NCBI GenBank assembly: GCA_036833455.1
Contig: DAITPU010000001.1
Coordinates: 7,549 to 71,548, forward strand
Reading direction: 5' to 3'
Source: a bacterium
GTDB taxonomy: Archaea; Nanobdellota; Nanobdellia; Pacearchaeales; GW2011-AR1
Length of the DNA stretch: 64,000 nt
Below are positions 47,288 to 56,658 of the stretch, piece after piece. The translations under genes were made by a program, and so were the position numbers. A model generated the notes under the pieces. It was not told where the DNA came from, made no database searches, and saw only the letters and a list, made by a program, of their open reading frames with translations. Position 1 is the stretch's first letter; the number at the start of each line of letters is the position of its first letter.

Positions 47288-49024
47288 TTACTCTAAAACA
47301 GCCTTTATTCTCCTAACTCCAGAAGAAGAACTTTCTTCTTTTTTTATCTTAAATTTTCCCAATACTTTTATATTTTCCACATGAGGGCCAGTACAAATTT
47401 CCTTCGAAATTTTTCCAATAGTATACACAGAAACCTTATCTCCGTATTTTGTTTCAAAAACTCCTTCTGCTCCGTATTTTCTGGCTTCTGACAAAGACAT
47501 TTCTTCACGCTTTACTGGCAATTCTTTTCTAATATTTGAATTAACTTCTTCTTCAATTTTTTTTATTTCTTCATCTGTTAATTTCCTATCAAAATTAAAA
47601 TCCAATCTTAACCTTTCTGGAGTTATATTTGAACCCTTCTGATGAATTGAAGAATCATTTAAAATTTTCTTTAAAGCTGCTAAAAGAAGATGCGAAGCGG
47701 TATGCAATTTAGTTGTCTTTTCAGAATCATCTTGTAATCCAGATTTAAATTTTCCAACAGAAGCTGTTCTTGAAAGTTCTTGGTGTTTTTCTAACTCTTT
47801 TTCAAAATCAGAAATATTCACTCTTATATTTTTTTCTTTTGCTAATTCTTCTGTTATTTCTATTGGGAACCCATAAGATTGAAATAAAAGAAAAGTATTT
47901 TTTCCAGAAATTTCTTTTTTATCTTTAATTATTTTTTTGAATACATTCAATCCTCTTTCTAAAGTTAAATTAAACTTTTTTTCTTCCTGTTCCAATTCTT
48001 GTAAGATTTTATCTTTATTTTCTTCTAAATGTTTGTAATCCTTGTAAATTTCAAATACGGGATATGCCACTTTTTTAGTAAAATCTTCAAGTCCAATTAA
48101 TTTTCCATAACGGATAGCTCTACGAATTAACCTTCGTAAAATATATCCTTGTTCAGTATTACTTGGTCTAATTCCATCTGCAATTATAAAAATTGAAGCT
48201 TTGATGTGGTCTGCAATTATCCTCATTTCCCTCTTATTTTCAGAATATGATTTATTTGATAATTTTTCAATCTCCTTGATTATTGGTTTCCAAACTTCAG
48301 TAAGATAATTATCGTCAAATCCTTGAAGGATTGCAATTGTTCTTTCAACTCCTCCTCCAAAATCAATATTTTTTTGCTTAGCTTTTAGATAACCTTCCTT
48401 ATTTTTTACATATTCCATTAAAACATCGTTTCCTAATTCAACCCAATTTTTTTCATCTTTTGGATCAAAAATTTCTGGAGCAGGAGTATTTAATTTCCAG
48501 TAAAAAATCTCCGTATTTGGCCCACAAGGTCCTGTTTGTCCTGCAGGTCCCCACCAATTTTCTTCAAGCAAGACTATTCTTTTTTCTGGAATACCTAAAT
48601 TTTTCCAAATTTCAATAGATTCTAAATCTCTTGGAGAATTTTTATTGCCCTTAAAACAAGTAACTGCCAACTTATTAAGCGGAATTTTCAGAGTTTTCGT
48701 AAAAAATTCGAAAGTTAATTTTATGGCTTCAGATTTCCAATAATCCCCCAATGACCAATTACCCAACATTTCAAAAAAAGTGTGATGATATGCATCTCCT
48801 ACCTCCTCTATATCGACAGTTCTTATGCACTTCTGAACATTAACTAATCTCTTTCCTGATGGATGATTCTGCCCCAATAAATACGGAACAATTGGTTGCA
48901 TTCCTGCGATTATAAATAAGACCGTTGGATCATTTTCAGGAATTAAACTATAGTTAGGAATTTCCTCATGGCCTTTTGATTTAAAAAAATCTATGTACTT
49001 TTTTATTAATTCTTTTCTTTTCAT
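47288..49024 (-). CDS. alaS: Alanyl-tRNA synthetase, unusually short (578 aa, catalytic plus editing motifs, no extended C-terminal domain)
   Basis: HTFFEMLGNWSLGDYWK and NDPTVLFIIAGMQ are catalytic-core motifs. TASHLL (HxxxH) and CTGPHV (CxxxH) are editing motifs. Confidence 0.8.
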   Translation of the reverse strand: MKRKELIKKYIDFFKSKGHEEIPNYSLIPENDPTVLFIIAGMQPIVPYLLGQNHPSGKRLVNVQKCIRTVDIEEVGDAYHHTFFEMLGNWSLGDYWKSEAIKLTFEFFTKTLKIPLNKLAVTCFKGNKNSPRDLESIEIWKNLGIPEKRIVLLEENWWGPAGQTGPCGPNTEIFYWKLNTPAPEIFDPKDEKNWVELGNDVLMEYVKNKEGYLKAKQKNIDFGGGVERTIAILQGFDDNYLTEVWKPIIKEIEKLSNKSYSENKREMRIIADHIKASIFIIADGIRPSNTEQGYILRRLIRRAIRYGKLIGLEDFTKKVAYPVFEIYKDYKHLEENKDKILQELEQEEKKFNLTLERGLNVFKKIIKDKKEISGKNTFLLFQSYGFPIEITEELAKEKNIRVNISDFEKELEKHQELSRTASVGKFKSGLQDDSEKTTKLHTASHLLLAALKKILNDSSIHQKGSNITPERLRLDFNFDRKLTDEEIKKIEEEVNSNIRKELPVKREEMSLSEARKYGAEGVFETKYGDKVSVYTIGKISKEICTGPHVENIKVLGKFKIKKEESSSSGVRRIKAVLE

Positions 49025-49153
49025 TCTAAATCTAATATAAAATAAGAAACTAATATAAAAAGTTATTCCTTGCTGTTTAATTTAAAAAACATTTTATAAG
49101 TATTAATTTTATAAAGAAAATAAACTATATATAATAAACCTAATAAATTAAAA

Positions 49154-51610
49154 ATGGAAACTGAATTTATTCCCTTAGATTACCATCCTTTTGATTTTCA
49201 AGAAAAAAATTTTATTCAAATTTTTGGAAGAGATCAAAACGGAAAAAAAATATGCATAATTGATTCTTGCGATATTTTTTTTTGGGCAATTTTAAAGGAA
49301 AATTTGAATGAAGAAGAAATTGGTTCTTTAATTGAAAAAATTAAAAATATAAAATTTGAAGAAAAAGAAATAAAAATTGAAAATATAGAAATAAAGAAAA
49401 AAAACTTTTTAGGTAAAGAAGTAAATGCACTAAAAATTTACACTTCAAATTATAAAAATTTACAAAAAATTTCAGAAAGAATAGACTCAAAATTAATACA
49501 AAAAAAGAGAGGATACGATTTAGGTTTAATAACTCATTATATTATTGAAAAGAAAATAGAACCTCTACAATGGTATAAAATAAAAGGGGAAGTTCTAAAT
49601 AACTCCTCTGAATTTGGGGGAATTGATAATTCCTTAAATGTAACTTTTGTAATTCATTTAGAATCATTTAAAAAAATAATTGAAAAAAAATTTAATCCTA
49701 AAATTTTAGCTTACGATATTGAAACTGACGCATTAGAAATTGGAAAGGGGGAAATTTTAATGATTTCTTTATATGGAGAAAAATTTCAAAAAGTTATAAC
49801 TTGGAAAAAACAAAAAACCAACAAAAAATATGTTGAATTTGTTAAAGATGAGGGAGAACTTTTAGAAAAATTTTCAGAACATATTTCCAAGCAAAACCCA
49901 GATTTTTTAGTGGGATATAATTCAGACTTATTTGACCTACCCTATCTAAAAGAAAGAGCTAAAAAATTAAAAGTTCAACTTTCTTTAGGGGTTGACTTTT
50001 CTGAGCCAAAATTATCTGGGGGTATGAATCCTTCTGGAAGAATAAAAGGAATTGTCCATGTTGATTTATTAAAATTTATAAGGACAACTTATTCTCAATA
50101 TATGCAATCTGAAACCCTTTCTTTAAACGAAGTGTCAAAGGAATTTTTAGGAGAGAATAAAAAAGATTTCAAAATTATTCACTCTTCAAAATTAACAAAA
50201 GAAGATTGGGAAAAATATTATGAGTACAACTTACAAGATTCTAAATTGGCCTTGAATTTATTTAAAAAATTTTGGCCAGATTTATTTGAATTTTCGAAGA
50301 TAATAAAAGAACCTGCATTTGAAATTTCTAGAAATGGCCTTTCAAAACAAATAGAAGGATACATCTTACATAATCTTGAAAAATACAATGAAATTCCAGA
50401 AAGAAAACCTTCTCAAGAAGAAATTACCGAAAGAAGAAATTATGGAAGTGTCGAAGGTGCATTTGTATATGAACCAAAACCCGGAATTTATGAAAACATC
50501 GTGATGTTTGACTTCACTTCAATGCATACATCAATTATAATTACCCACAACATTTCAAAAGAAAATTTAACTAAAGAAAAGAAAAACTCTCATCCTTCTC
50601 CGGAAATAGAAATAGGAGGGAAAAAAAACATATTTTATTTCAAAAAAGACAAAAGTTTTTTTCCAGAATTATTAAGAGAGATATTTGAAAAAAGAAAACA
50701 ATACAAAGAAGAATATAAAAAAAATCCCGATAGAATAACTTTAGCAAGAAGTAACGCTTTCAAGTTGCTTTCTGCGTCTGCACACGGATACATTGCTTTT
50801 TTTGGTGCCAGATATAATTCTCGTGAAGCTTCTTCTTCTATTCTTGCTTTTGTAAGAAAATACAACAAAGAAATAATTTCAAAAATAAAAAATGCTGGTT
50901 ATAATGTTATTTACGGGGATACAGATTCCGTAGCTTTTGAAAGAGGACAAGGATCAAAAAAAGATATAATGGATCTTCTAGAAAAATTAAACAAAGAATT
51001 ACCTGGAGTTATGCATTTAGAATTAGAAGATTTTTTTAAAAGAGGTATATGGGTAACAACTCGTTCTGGAAAAACTGGTGCGAAAAAAAAATATGCCCTT
51101 ATCGACGAAAATAATCGGTTAAAAATAAGGGGTTTCGAAACGGTAAGAAGGGATTGGTGTAAGCTTTCAAGAGAAACACAAGACAAAGTATTAAGATTAA
51201 TTCTTGAAGAAGGAAATGAAAAAAAGGCATTAGAATATACAAAAAAAATTATTGAAAAAATAAAAAAAAGAAATGTAAAAAAAGAAGATTTGATAATTAA
51301 AACTCAATTAAAAAAAGAGATTTCGGAATACAAATCAATATCTCCTCACGTCATTGCTGCAAAAAAAATGAAAGAAAGACAAATTCCTATTTCTGAAGGA
51401 GGTTTAATAGAATATTATATTTCAGATGAAAAAGGAAAATTAGTAAGAGAAAAGGTAAAACTTCCAGATGAAAAAGGAAATTATGATATAGATTACTACT
51501 TAGAAAAACAGATAATTCCCTCTGTAGAAAACATTTTTCATATTTTTAACATAAATTCAGAAGAATTAATAAAAGGACAAAAACAAGAAGATTTAAAGAA
51601 ATGGTTTTAA
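49154..51610 (+). CDS. polB: Family B DNA polymerase
   Basis: Exo I LAYDIETD, Exo II YNSDLFDLPYL, Pol motif C VIYGDTDSVAF, and KKKYA. No intein. Confidence 0.93.
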   Translation: METEFIPLDYHPFDFQEKNFIQIFGRDQNGKKICIIDSCDIFFWAILKENLNEEEIGSLIEKIKNIKFEEKEIKIENIEIKKKNFLGKEVNALKIYTSNYKNLQKISERIDSKLIQKKRGYDLGLITHYIIEKKIEPLQWYKIKGEVLNNSSEFGGIDNSLNVTFVIHLESFKKIIEKKFNPKILAYDIETDALEIGKGEILMISLYGEKFQKVITWKKQKTNKKYVEFVKDEGELLEKFSEHISKQNPDFLVGYNSDLFDLPYLKERAKKLKVQLSLGVDFSEPKLSGGMNPSGRIKGIVHVDLLKFIRTTYSQYMQSETLSLNEVSKEFLGENKKDFKIIHSSKLTKEDWEKYYEYNLQDSKLALNLFKKFWPDLFEFSKIIKEPAFEISRNGLSKQIEGYILHNLEKYNEIPERKPSQEEITERRNYGSVEGAFVYEPKPGIYENIVMFDFTSMHTSIIITHNISKENLTKEKKNSHPSPEIEIGGKKNIFYFKKDKSFFPELLREIFEKRKQYKEEYKKNPDRITLARSNAFKLLSASAHGYIAFFGARYNSREASSSILAFVRKYNKEIISKIKNAGYNVIYGDTDSVAFERGQGSKKDIMDLLEKLNKELPGVMHLELEDFFKRGIWVTTRSGKTGAKKKYALIDENNRLKIRGFETVRRDWCKLSRETQDKVLRLILEEGNEKKALEYTKKIIEKIKKRNVKKEDLIIKTQLKKEISEYKSISPHVIAAKKMKERQIPISEGGLIEYYISDEKGKLVREKVKLPDEKGNYDIDYYLEKQIIPSVENIFHIFNINSEELIKGQKQEDLKKWF

Positions 51611-51611
51611 G

Positions 51612-52493
51612 ATGGAAAAACAAAAAATAGTTCAAGCAGGAGAAATTGCAAAAAAAGCAAAAATATACGCAAAAAATATAATCAAAAAAGACATGCCTCT
51701 TTTAGAAATTGCAAATTTAATTGAAGACAAAATCATAGAATTAGGGGGATTTCCCGCATTTCCTGTAAATCTTTCAATAAATGAAATTGCAGCACATTAC
51801 ACTCCTTCTTACGACGATAAAAATTTAGCAAAAGGTTTACTAAAGGTGGATTTAGGGGTGCATATAGATGGATGGATAGCAGATACTGCATTTACCCTAG
51901 ATTTGGAAAATTCTGAAGAGAATAAAAAATTAATTGAAGCTTCAAAAAAAGCATTAGAAATAGTTGAAAAAAATATTTCCAAAGAGATGCATCTATCAAA
52001 AATAGGAAAATTGGTTTCAGAAACAATAAAAAGTTTAGGATTTAATCCAATTTCTAATTTATCTGGACACTCTTTAGGAGAATATGATTTGCACGAAGGA
52101 ATTTCAATTCCAAATATCGATAATGGATCAAATAAAAAAATAGGAAAAGGCGCATTTGCAATAGAACCTTTTGCTACAAGCGGGATTGGAAGAGTTCACG
52201 ATGGAAAACCTTCTGGAATTTATATTTTAGTAAGCAACAAAAATATTAGAAGCCCCTTAGCAAGGGAAATTTTAAACGTAATTGAAGACAATTTTCAAAC
52301 ACTTCCTTTTGCTTCAAGATGGTTAATTGATGAATTTGGAAATAAAGCGCTTTTAGGATTAAAACAATTAGAACAAAATGGAAATCTTCACCAATTTAAC
52401 CAGTTAATTGAATCCTCGGGAGCAAAAGTATCTCAAGCAGAAAATACTTTTTTAATAGAAGAAGATAAAGTTATCATAACTACAAAGGATTAA
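51612..52493 (+). CDS. map: Methionine aminopeptidase type 2 (archaeal)
   Basis: AHYTP, DLGVHIDGWIADTAFT, GHSL..Y.LHEG. Confidence 0.88.
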   Translation: MEKQKIVQAGEIAKKAKIYAKNIIKKDMPLLEIANLIEDKIIELGGFPAFPVNLSINEIAAHYTPSYDDKNLAKGLLKVDLGVHIDGWIADTAFTLDLENSEENKKLIEASKKALEIVEKNISKEMHLSKIGKLVSETIKSLGFNPISNLSGHSLGEYDLHEGISIPNIDNGSNKKIGKGAFAIEPFATSGIGRVHDGKPSGIYILVSNKNIRSPLAREILNVIEDNFQTLPFASRWLIDEFGNKALLGLKQLEQNGNLHQFNQLIESSGAKVSQAENTFLIEEDKVIITTKD

Positions 52494-53023
52494 AATTCAA
52501 ATTCAGAAAATCTTTCGTCTTCAAAATTAAAAATAGGTATACTTTGACTTTTCTTAGAATTAGGAATATCCAAAAAACTCCAATGATACGGATCTACAAA
52601 ATAAGTTTGATTTTCTTCCGGCACCCAAACTGAATTAGATAAAAAAGGATCATAAATACAAACTCCCTTTTTTTTAGCCAGTTCAAGTTGACTTTTCCTA
52701 GATTCCATCGCAAGATCAAACTCCTCTCCAAATAAATTATCTAAAGATTTAGAACCTAAATCCCTCATAAGTAAAACAGGCATCTTTTTAAAATTCTTAA
52801 AATTAAATAAATCAGAAAGACCTTCATATTTAGGTAACTTTAATCCTCTAGAAATGGCTTCAATAGCCTTGAGATATTCTATTGATAGCATCCTTTTTGA
52901 AGAATCATAATCAAAACCAGGAATTATTTTTCCGGCTAATCCTTGCCCAAAAGAATAAACTTTCCCTAAATTTCCCTTTCCCCTAATTCGAGTTAAAAAA
53001 TTAACATAAAATTTTTTTTGCAT
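52490..53023 (-). CDS. Hypothetical protein, paralog of 53058..53600 (177 aa); Gly-rich loop near the N-terminus
   Basis: YSFGQGLAGKIIPG, ELAKKKGVCIYD and FVDPYHWSF align with the neighbour's YSIGNGLVGKCLKG, EKAKSLGFIPSLD and FLNDFRYW. Confidence 0.4.
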   Translation of the reverse strand: MQKKFYVNFLTRIRGKGNLGKVYSFGQGLAGKIIPGFDYDSSKRMLSIEYLKAIEAISRGLKLPKYEGLSDLFNFKNFKKMPVLLMRDLGSKSLDNLFGEEFDLAMESRKSQLELAKKKGVCIYDPFLSNSVWVPEENQTYFVDPYHWSFLDIPNSKKSQSIPIFNFEDERFSEFEF

Positions 53024-53057
53024 GAATAGAAATTATAACCTGCATTTAAATATTTTT

Positions 53058-53600
53058 TTAAAAAATCATCGGTTTTGGAGGTATTAAACCTAGTTTTTCA
53101 TTTTTCCAATACCTAAAATCATTAAGAAAAACCTTATTTCTCTTAAAAGAAGGATCTATTTTACCATAAATTACATTAGCAAATTCTCCCGAATCAAGAG
53201 AAGGTATAAAACCTAAACTTTTTGCTTTTTCAATTTCCAAACGTGAATCTTCTTCTATTTTCCTTATATCTTTTAAACTCCAATAAAAAGGTTCCAAACT
53301 AAAAATTTTCTGCATAACAAAAGTAGGAAAAAATTCCCCTGTATTTCTCTCCCTAATTAAAAAAACCCCATATGGTTGAGGAACCGAAATTCTTTCTTTA
53401 AATGATTCTTGCGAAACTTTATCTTCATACTTTAAAATCTCTTCAACAGAATCCCCTTTTAACAAAAAATCTTCTCCTTTCAAACACTTTCCAACTAACC
53501 CATTTCCAATTGAATAAATATTTGATTCCATTCCTGAAGAAGAAAGTGGTCTATCATAATGAAACCATAATTTTTCCGGATTAAATTTTAACTTTGCCAT
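53058..53600 (-). CDS. Hypothetical protein, paralog of 52490..53023 (180 aa)
   Basis: See the paralog alignment above. It lies directly downstream of cdc48. Confidence 0.4.
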   Translation of the reverse strand: MAKLKFNPEKLWFHYDRPLSSSGMESNIYSIGNGLVGKCLKGEDFLLKGDSVEEILKYEDKVSQESFKERISVPQPYGVFLIRERNTGEFFPTFVMQKIFSLEPFYWSLKDIRKIEEDSRLEIEKAKSLGFIPSLDSGEFANVIYGKIDPSFKRNKVFLNDFRYWKNEKLGLIPPKPMIF

Positions 53601-53629
53601 AAAAAAATAAAAAAACTCTATTTAAAAAG

Positions 53630-55954
53630 TTATCCCAAATAGCTTCCATTATCTGTAGGAAGTGCAGATTTTGCTTTATTCAAGAAATTTTCTTCGATCT
53701 TTTTATAAAAAGAAATTGATTGTTTAGTAACGCTGGGGCTAACTTTCTTCATCGCTTCTTCAAAATGTTTCTTCTTCACTTCTTTGGATTCTATATCTTC
53801 CCTTAGAGAAACCATTGCCGCTTCACGAACAAGGGCTTCTAAATCCGCACCAGTATATCCCTCTGTTTCTTTCGCAATTAAATCCAAATCAACTCCCTTT
53901 CCTAACGGCATATTTTTTGTGTGAATATTAAGAATATTTTTTCTACCTTCTTCAGTTGGAGCATTCACAAGTAAAATTTTATCAAATCTTCCAGGACGAA
54001 GTAAAGCTGTATCCAACATATCTGGTCTATTTGTTGCAGCTAAAACAAGAACATCATTCATTTGTTCCAATCCATCCATTTCTGCAAGCATTTGATTTAA
54101 AACTCTCTCGGTAACTTTTTGACCATAATCTACTCCTCTTTTTCCGGCTAAAGAATCTATCTCATCAAAGAAAACAATACAAGGAGAAACCTGTCTTGCT
54201 TTTTCAAAAATCTTCCTAACTCCTTCTTCTGATTTTCCAACCCACATGGATAATAAAGAAGGTCCTTTTATTTGAATGAAATTCGCTTCTGCCTCTTTCG
54301 CAACCGCTTTAGCTAACAAAGTTTTACCTGTTCCAGGGGGTCCATACAACAAAATTCCTCTCGAAGGCCTTATTCCCATTCTCTTAAAACTTTCAGGAAA
54401 TTTCATGGGCCATTCAACAGCTTCTTGTAAATCTTGTTTTATTTTATCTAATCCTCCTATATCGCTCCAACCAATATTAGGAGTTTCAACTAAAACTTCC
54501 CTCATTGCAGAAGGCCTAACTGTCTTTAAAGCATCTAAGAAATCTTCTTGTCTTACTACTAATTTTTCCAAAATCTCAGGAGAAATTTTATCATCATCAA
54601 TTTTAATCTTGTTCAAATTTTTTCTTAGTACATTCATGGCCGCTTCCTTTGTTAAAGATTCTAAATCTGCACCAACAAACCCATGAGTTAAACTAGCTAT
54701 TTTTTCCAAATCCACTCCCTTTACCAAAGGCATCCCTCTTGTATGGATTTTCAAAATAGCCAATCTTCCTTTTTTATCTGGAACCCCAATTTCAATTTCT
54801 CTATCGAATCTTCCAGGTCTACGCAAAGCAGGATCAATAGAATTTACTCTATTAGTTGCTCCAATAACTATTACTTTTCCTCTTGCATTCAGTCCATCCA
54901 TCATAGTTAACAATTGGGAAACAACTCTTCTTTCAACTTCTCCTTGAACATCCTCTCTTTTAGGAGCAATAGCGTCAATCTCATCTATAAAAATTATTGC
55001 AGGAGCATTTTTTTCCGCCTCCTCAAAAATTGTTCTAATTTTCTTTTCAGATTCTCCATAAAATTTACTCATTATTTCTGGCCCATTTAACAAAATAAAA
55101 TGTGAATCTGTTTCTGTTGCAACTGCTTTCGCTAACAAAGTTTTACCTGTTCCAGGAGGGCCATGCAACAAAACTCCTTTAGGAGGACTAACTCCTAATT
55201 TGTTAAAGATTTCTGGATGTTTCATAGGAATTTCAACCATTTCTCTAATTTTTTTAATTTCTTCGCTCAATCCTCCAATATCTTCATAATTAATTGTAGG
55301 AATTTTTGAACCAATATCTTCAACTGCTTTTGAATTCAAAATTATTTCAGTATTTTCTGTTATAACAACCGGACCATTTGGATTAGCTGAAACAACTGAA
55401 AATTTTATTTGAGAAATTCCTCCTCCCAAATTTCCAAAACCCATTCCTCCAAAAAGATTCTCTAAATTTCCAAAAATATCCCCAAAATCTCCAAAGTCCT
55501 CACTCATTAAATCTTTCCTTCTTTGAACTCCTCCAAAAACCACCAAATCTCCTTTAATTACTGCTCTTCCTAATAACCCTCTTTTCAAACTTTCAGAATC
55601 TCCTTGAACCATAATTCCTTTCTGAGCTGGAGCAATAGTAATTTTTTTTGCTTCTTTAACTTGAGCTCTTTTGACTTCAACTTCTTCTCCTATTGAAACA
55701 CCTGCATTTCTTCTAAGAATTCCATCCATCCTAATAATTCCCTCTCCAACGTCGGCAGGATAAGACCTATCGGCAATAACAACTGTTTCTCTTGAACCTT
55801 TGATAGAAATAAACTCTCCTCTCTTAACATTAAGCTCTTTCATCAAATCCAAATCAATCCTAGCAATTCCCTTATATGCATCATCCTGTAAAGCTTCGCT
55901 AACTTTCAACTTAACTGACTCTTTGTTATTTTTTTCTTTTTTATTCATCTTCAT
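53630..55954 (-). CDS. cdc48: Cdc48/VCP-like AAA+ ATPase (N domain plus D1 and D2)
   Basis: Two [15 protein letters not shown] Walker A motifs, two DEID Walker B motifs, and an SRH arginine finger in each domain. Confidence 0.93.
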   Translation of the reverse strand: MKMNKKEKNNKESVKLKVSEALQDDAYKGIARIDLDLMKELNVKRGEFISIKGSRETVVIADRSYPADVGEGIIRMDGILRRNAGVSIGEEVEVKRAQVKEAKKITIAPAQKGIMVQGDSESLKRGLLGRAVIKGDLVVFGGVQRRKDLMSEDFGDFGDIFGNLENLFGGMGFGNLGGGISQIKFSVVSANPNGPVVITENTEIILNSKAVEDIGSKIPTINYEDIGGLSEEIKKIREMVEIPMKHPEIFNKLGVSPPKGVLLHGPPGTGKTLLAKAVATETDSHFILLNGPEIMSKFYGESEKKIRTIFEEAEKNAPAIIFIDEIDAIAPKREDVQGEVERRVVSQLLTMMDGLNARGKVIVIGATNRVNSIDPALRRPGRFDREIEIGVPDKKGRLAILKIHTRGMPLVKGVDLEKIASLTHGFVGADLESLTKEAAMNVLRKNLNKIKIDDDKISPEILEKLVVRQEDFLDALKTVRPSAMREVLVETPNIGWSDIGGLDKIKQDLQEAVEWPMKFPESFKRMGIRPSRGILLYGPPGTGKTLLAKAVAKEAEANFIQIKGPSLLSMWVGKSEEGVRKIFEKARQVSPCIVFFDEIDSLAGKRGVDYGQKVTERVLNQMLAEMDGLEQMNDVLVLAATNRPDMLDTALLRPGRFDKILLVNAPTEEGRKNILNIHTKNMPLGKGVDLDLIAKETEGYTGADLEALVREAAMVSLREDIESKEVKKKHFEEAMKKVSPSVTKQSISFYKKIEENFLNKAKSALPTDNGSYLG

Positions 55955-56432
55955 TTTCCTCGATTATCTGTTTTTTATTTCTCTCTGGATGGGCCGAATC
56001 AGAAAATTCCCGAGTATGAATTACCGGCTTATTGTTTTTAACAACTTTAATTTCCCTTGCTTTAATAACTCTTGCATTTGAATTTGTATTTTCAGGTGTA
56101 TTGAACATTAAACTTAATCTTCCTGTATTTTCAAACGAAAGACGAACCATGTCGTTTATCATTCTTTCTTGTTCTTTCATAAAATCTACAATCTCTCTCG
56201 GAATTGAAACGGCATAAGAATTTCCAACCATCCTCATTTTAACAGAATATTCTTTTTGTTTAAGCCTCATATAATTCTCATATTCAACTTTATCAACAGG
56301 ATGCAAAGCCAAAGAACCGCAATTTTTACATTTTTTTGCTCTAAGGTTAAAACCATTCTTAGAAATAAGCAAAGGTTCCATTTTTCTATTGCACTTGTTA
56401 CAAAAAGTATTACAATCAAATATATCTGCCAT
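55941..56432 (-). CDS. Zn-ribbon plus SpoVT/AbrB-like swapped-hairpin DNA-binding protein, overlapping the cdc48 start by 14 nt
   Basis: CNTFCNKC...CKNCGS is a C4 ribbon. MVGNSYAVSIPREIVDFMK is an AbrB/MazE-type looped-hinge motif. Acidic C-terminal tail. Confidence 0.5.
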   Translation of the reverse strand: MADIFDCNTFCNKCNRKMEPLLISKNGFNLRAKKCKNCGSLALHPVDKVEYENYMRLKQKEYSVKMRMVGNSYAVSIPREIVDFMKEQERMINDMVRLSFENTGRLSLMFNTPENTNSNARVIKAREIKVVKNNKPVIHTREFSDSAHPERNKKQIIEENEDE

Positions 56433-56658
56433 GTGTATACATAAAAATATACACTATTTAAATCTTACGATTTTAAGCATGAAAAAAATATAAAAACCCC
56501 CAAATTCAATTAGTTAAATGAAAAATAATAAAAGAGGCAATTTTTTTGAAAGGCACATTTATCCTTTACTTTTAATTACAATTTCTGCTATCCTTGTTTC
56601 GTATGTTTTCGCAGCGGAATTTGCAAAAATCTACCTCGAAACAATTAGATAAACACTC

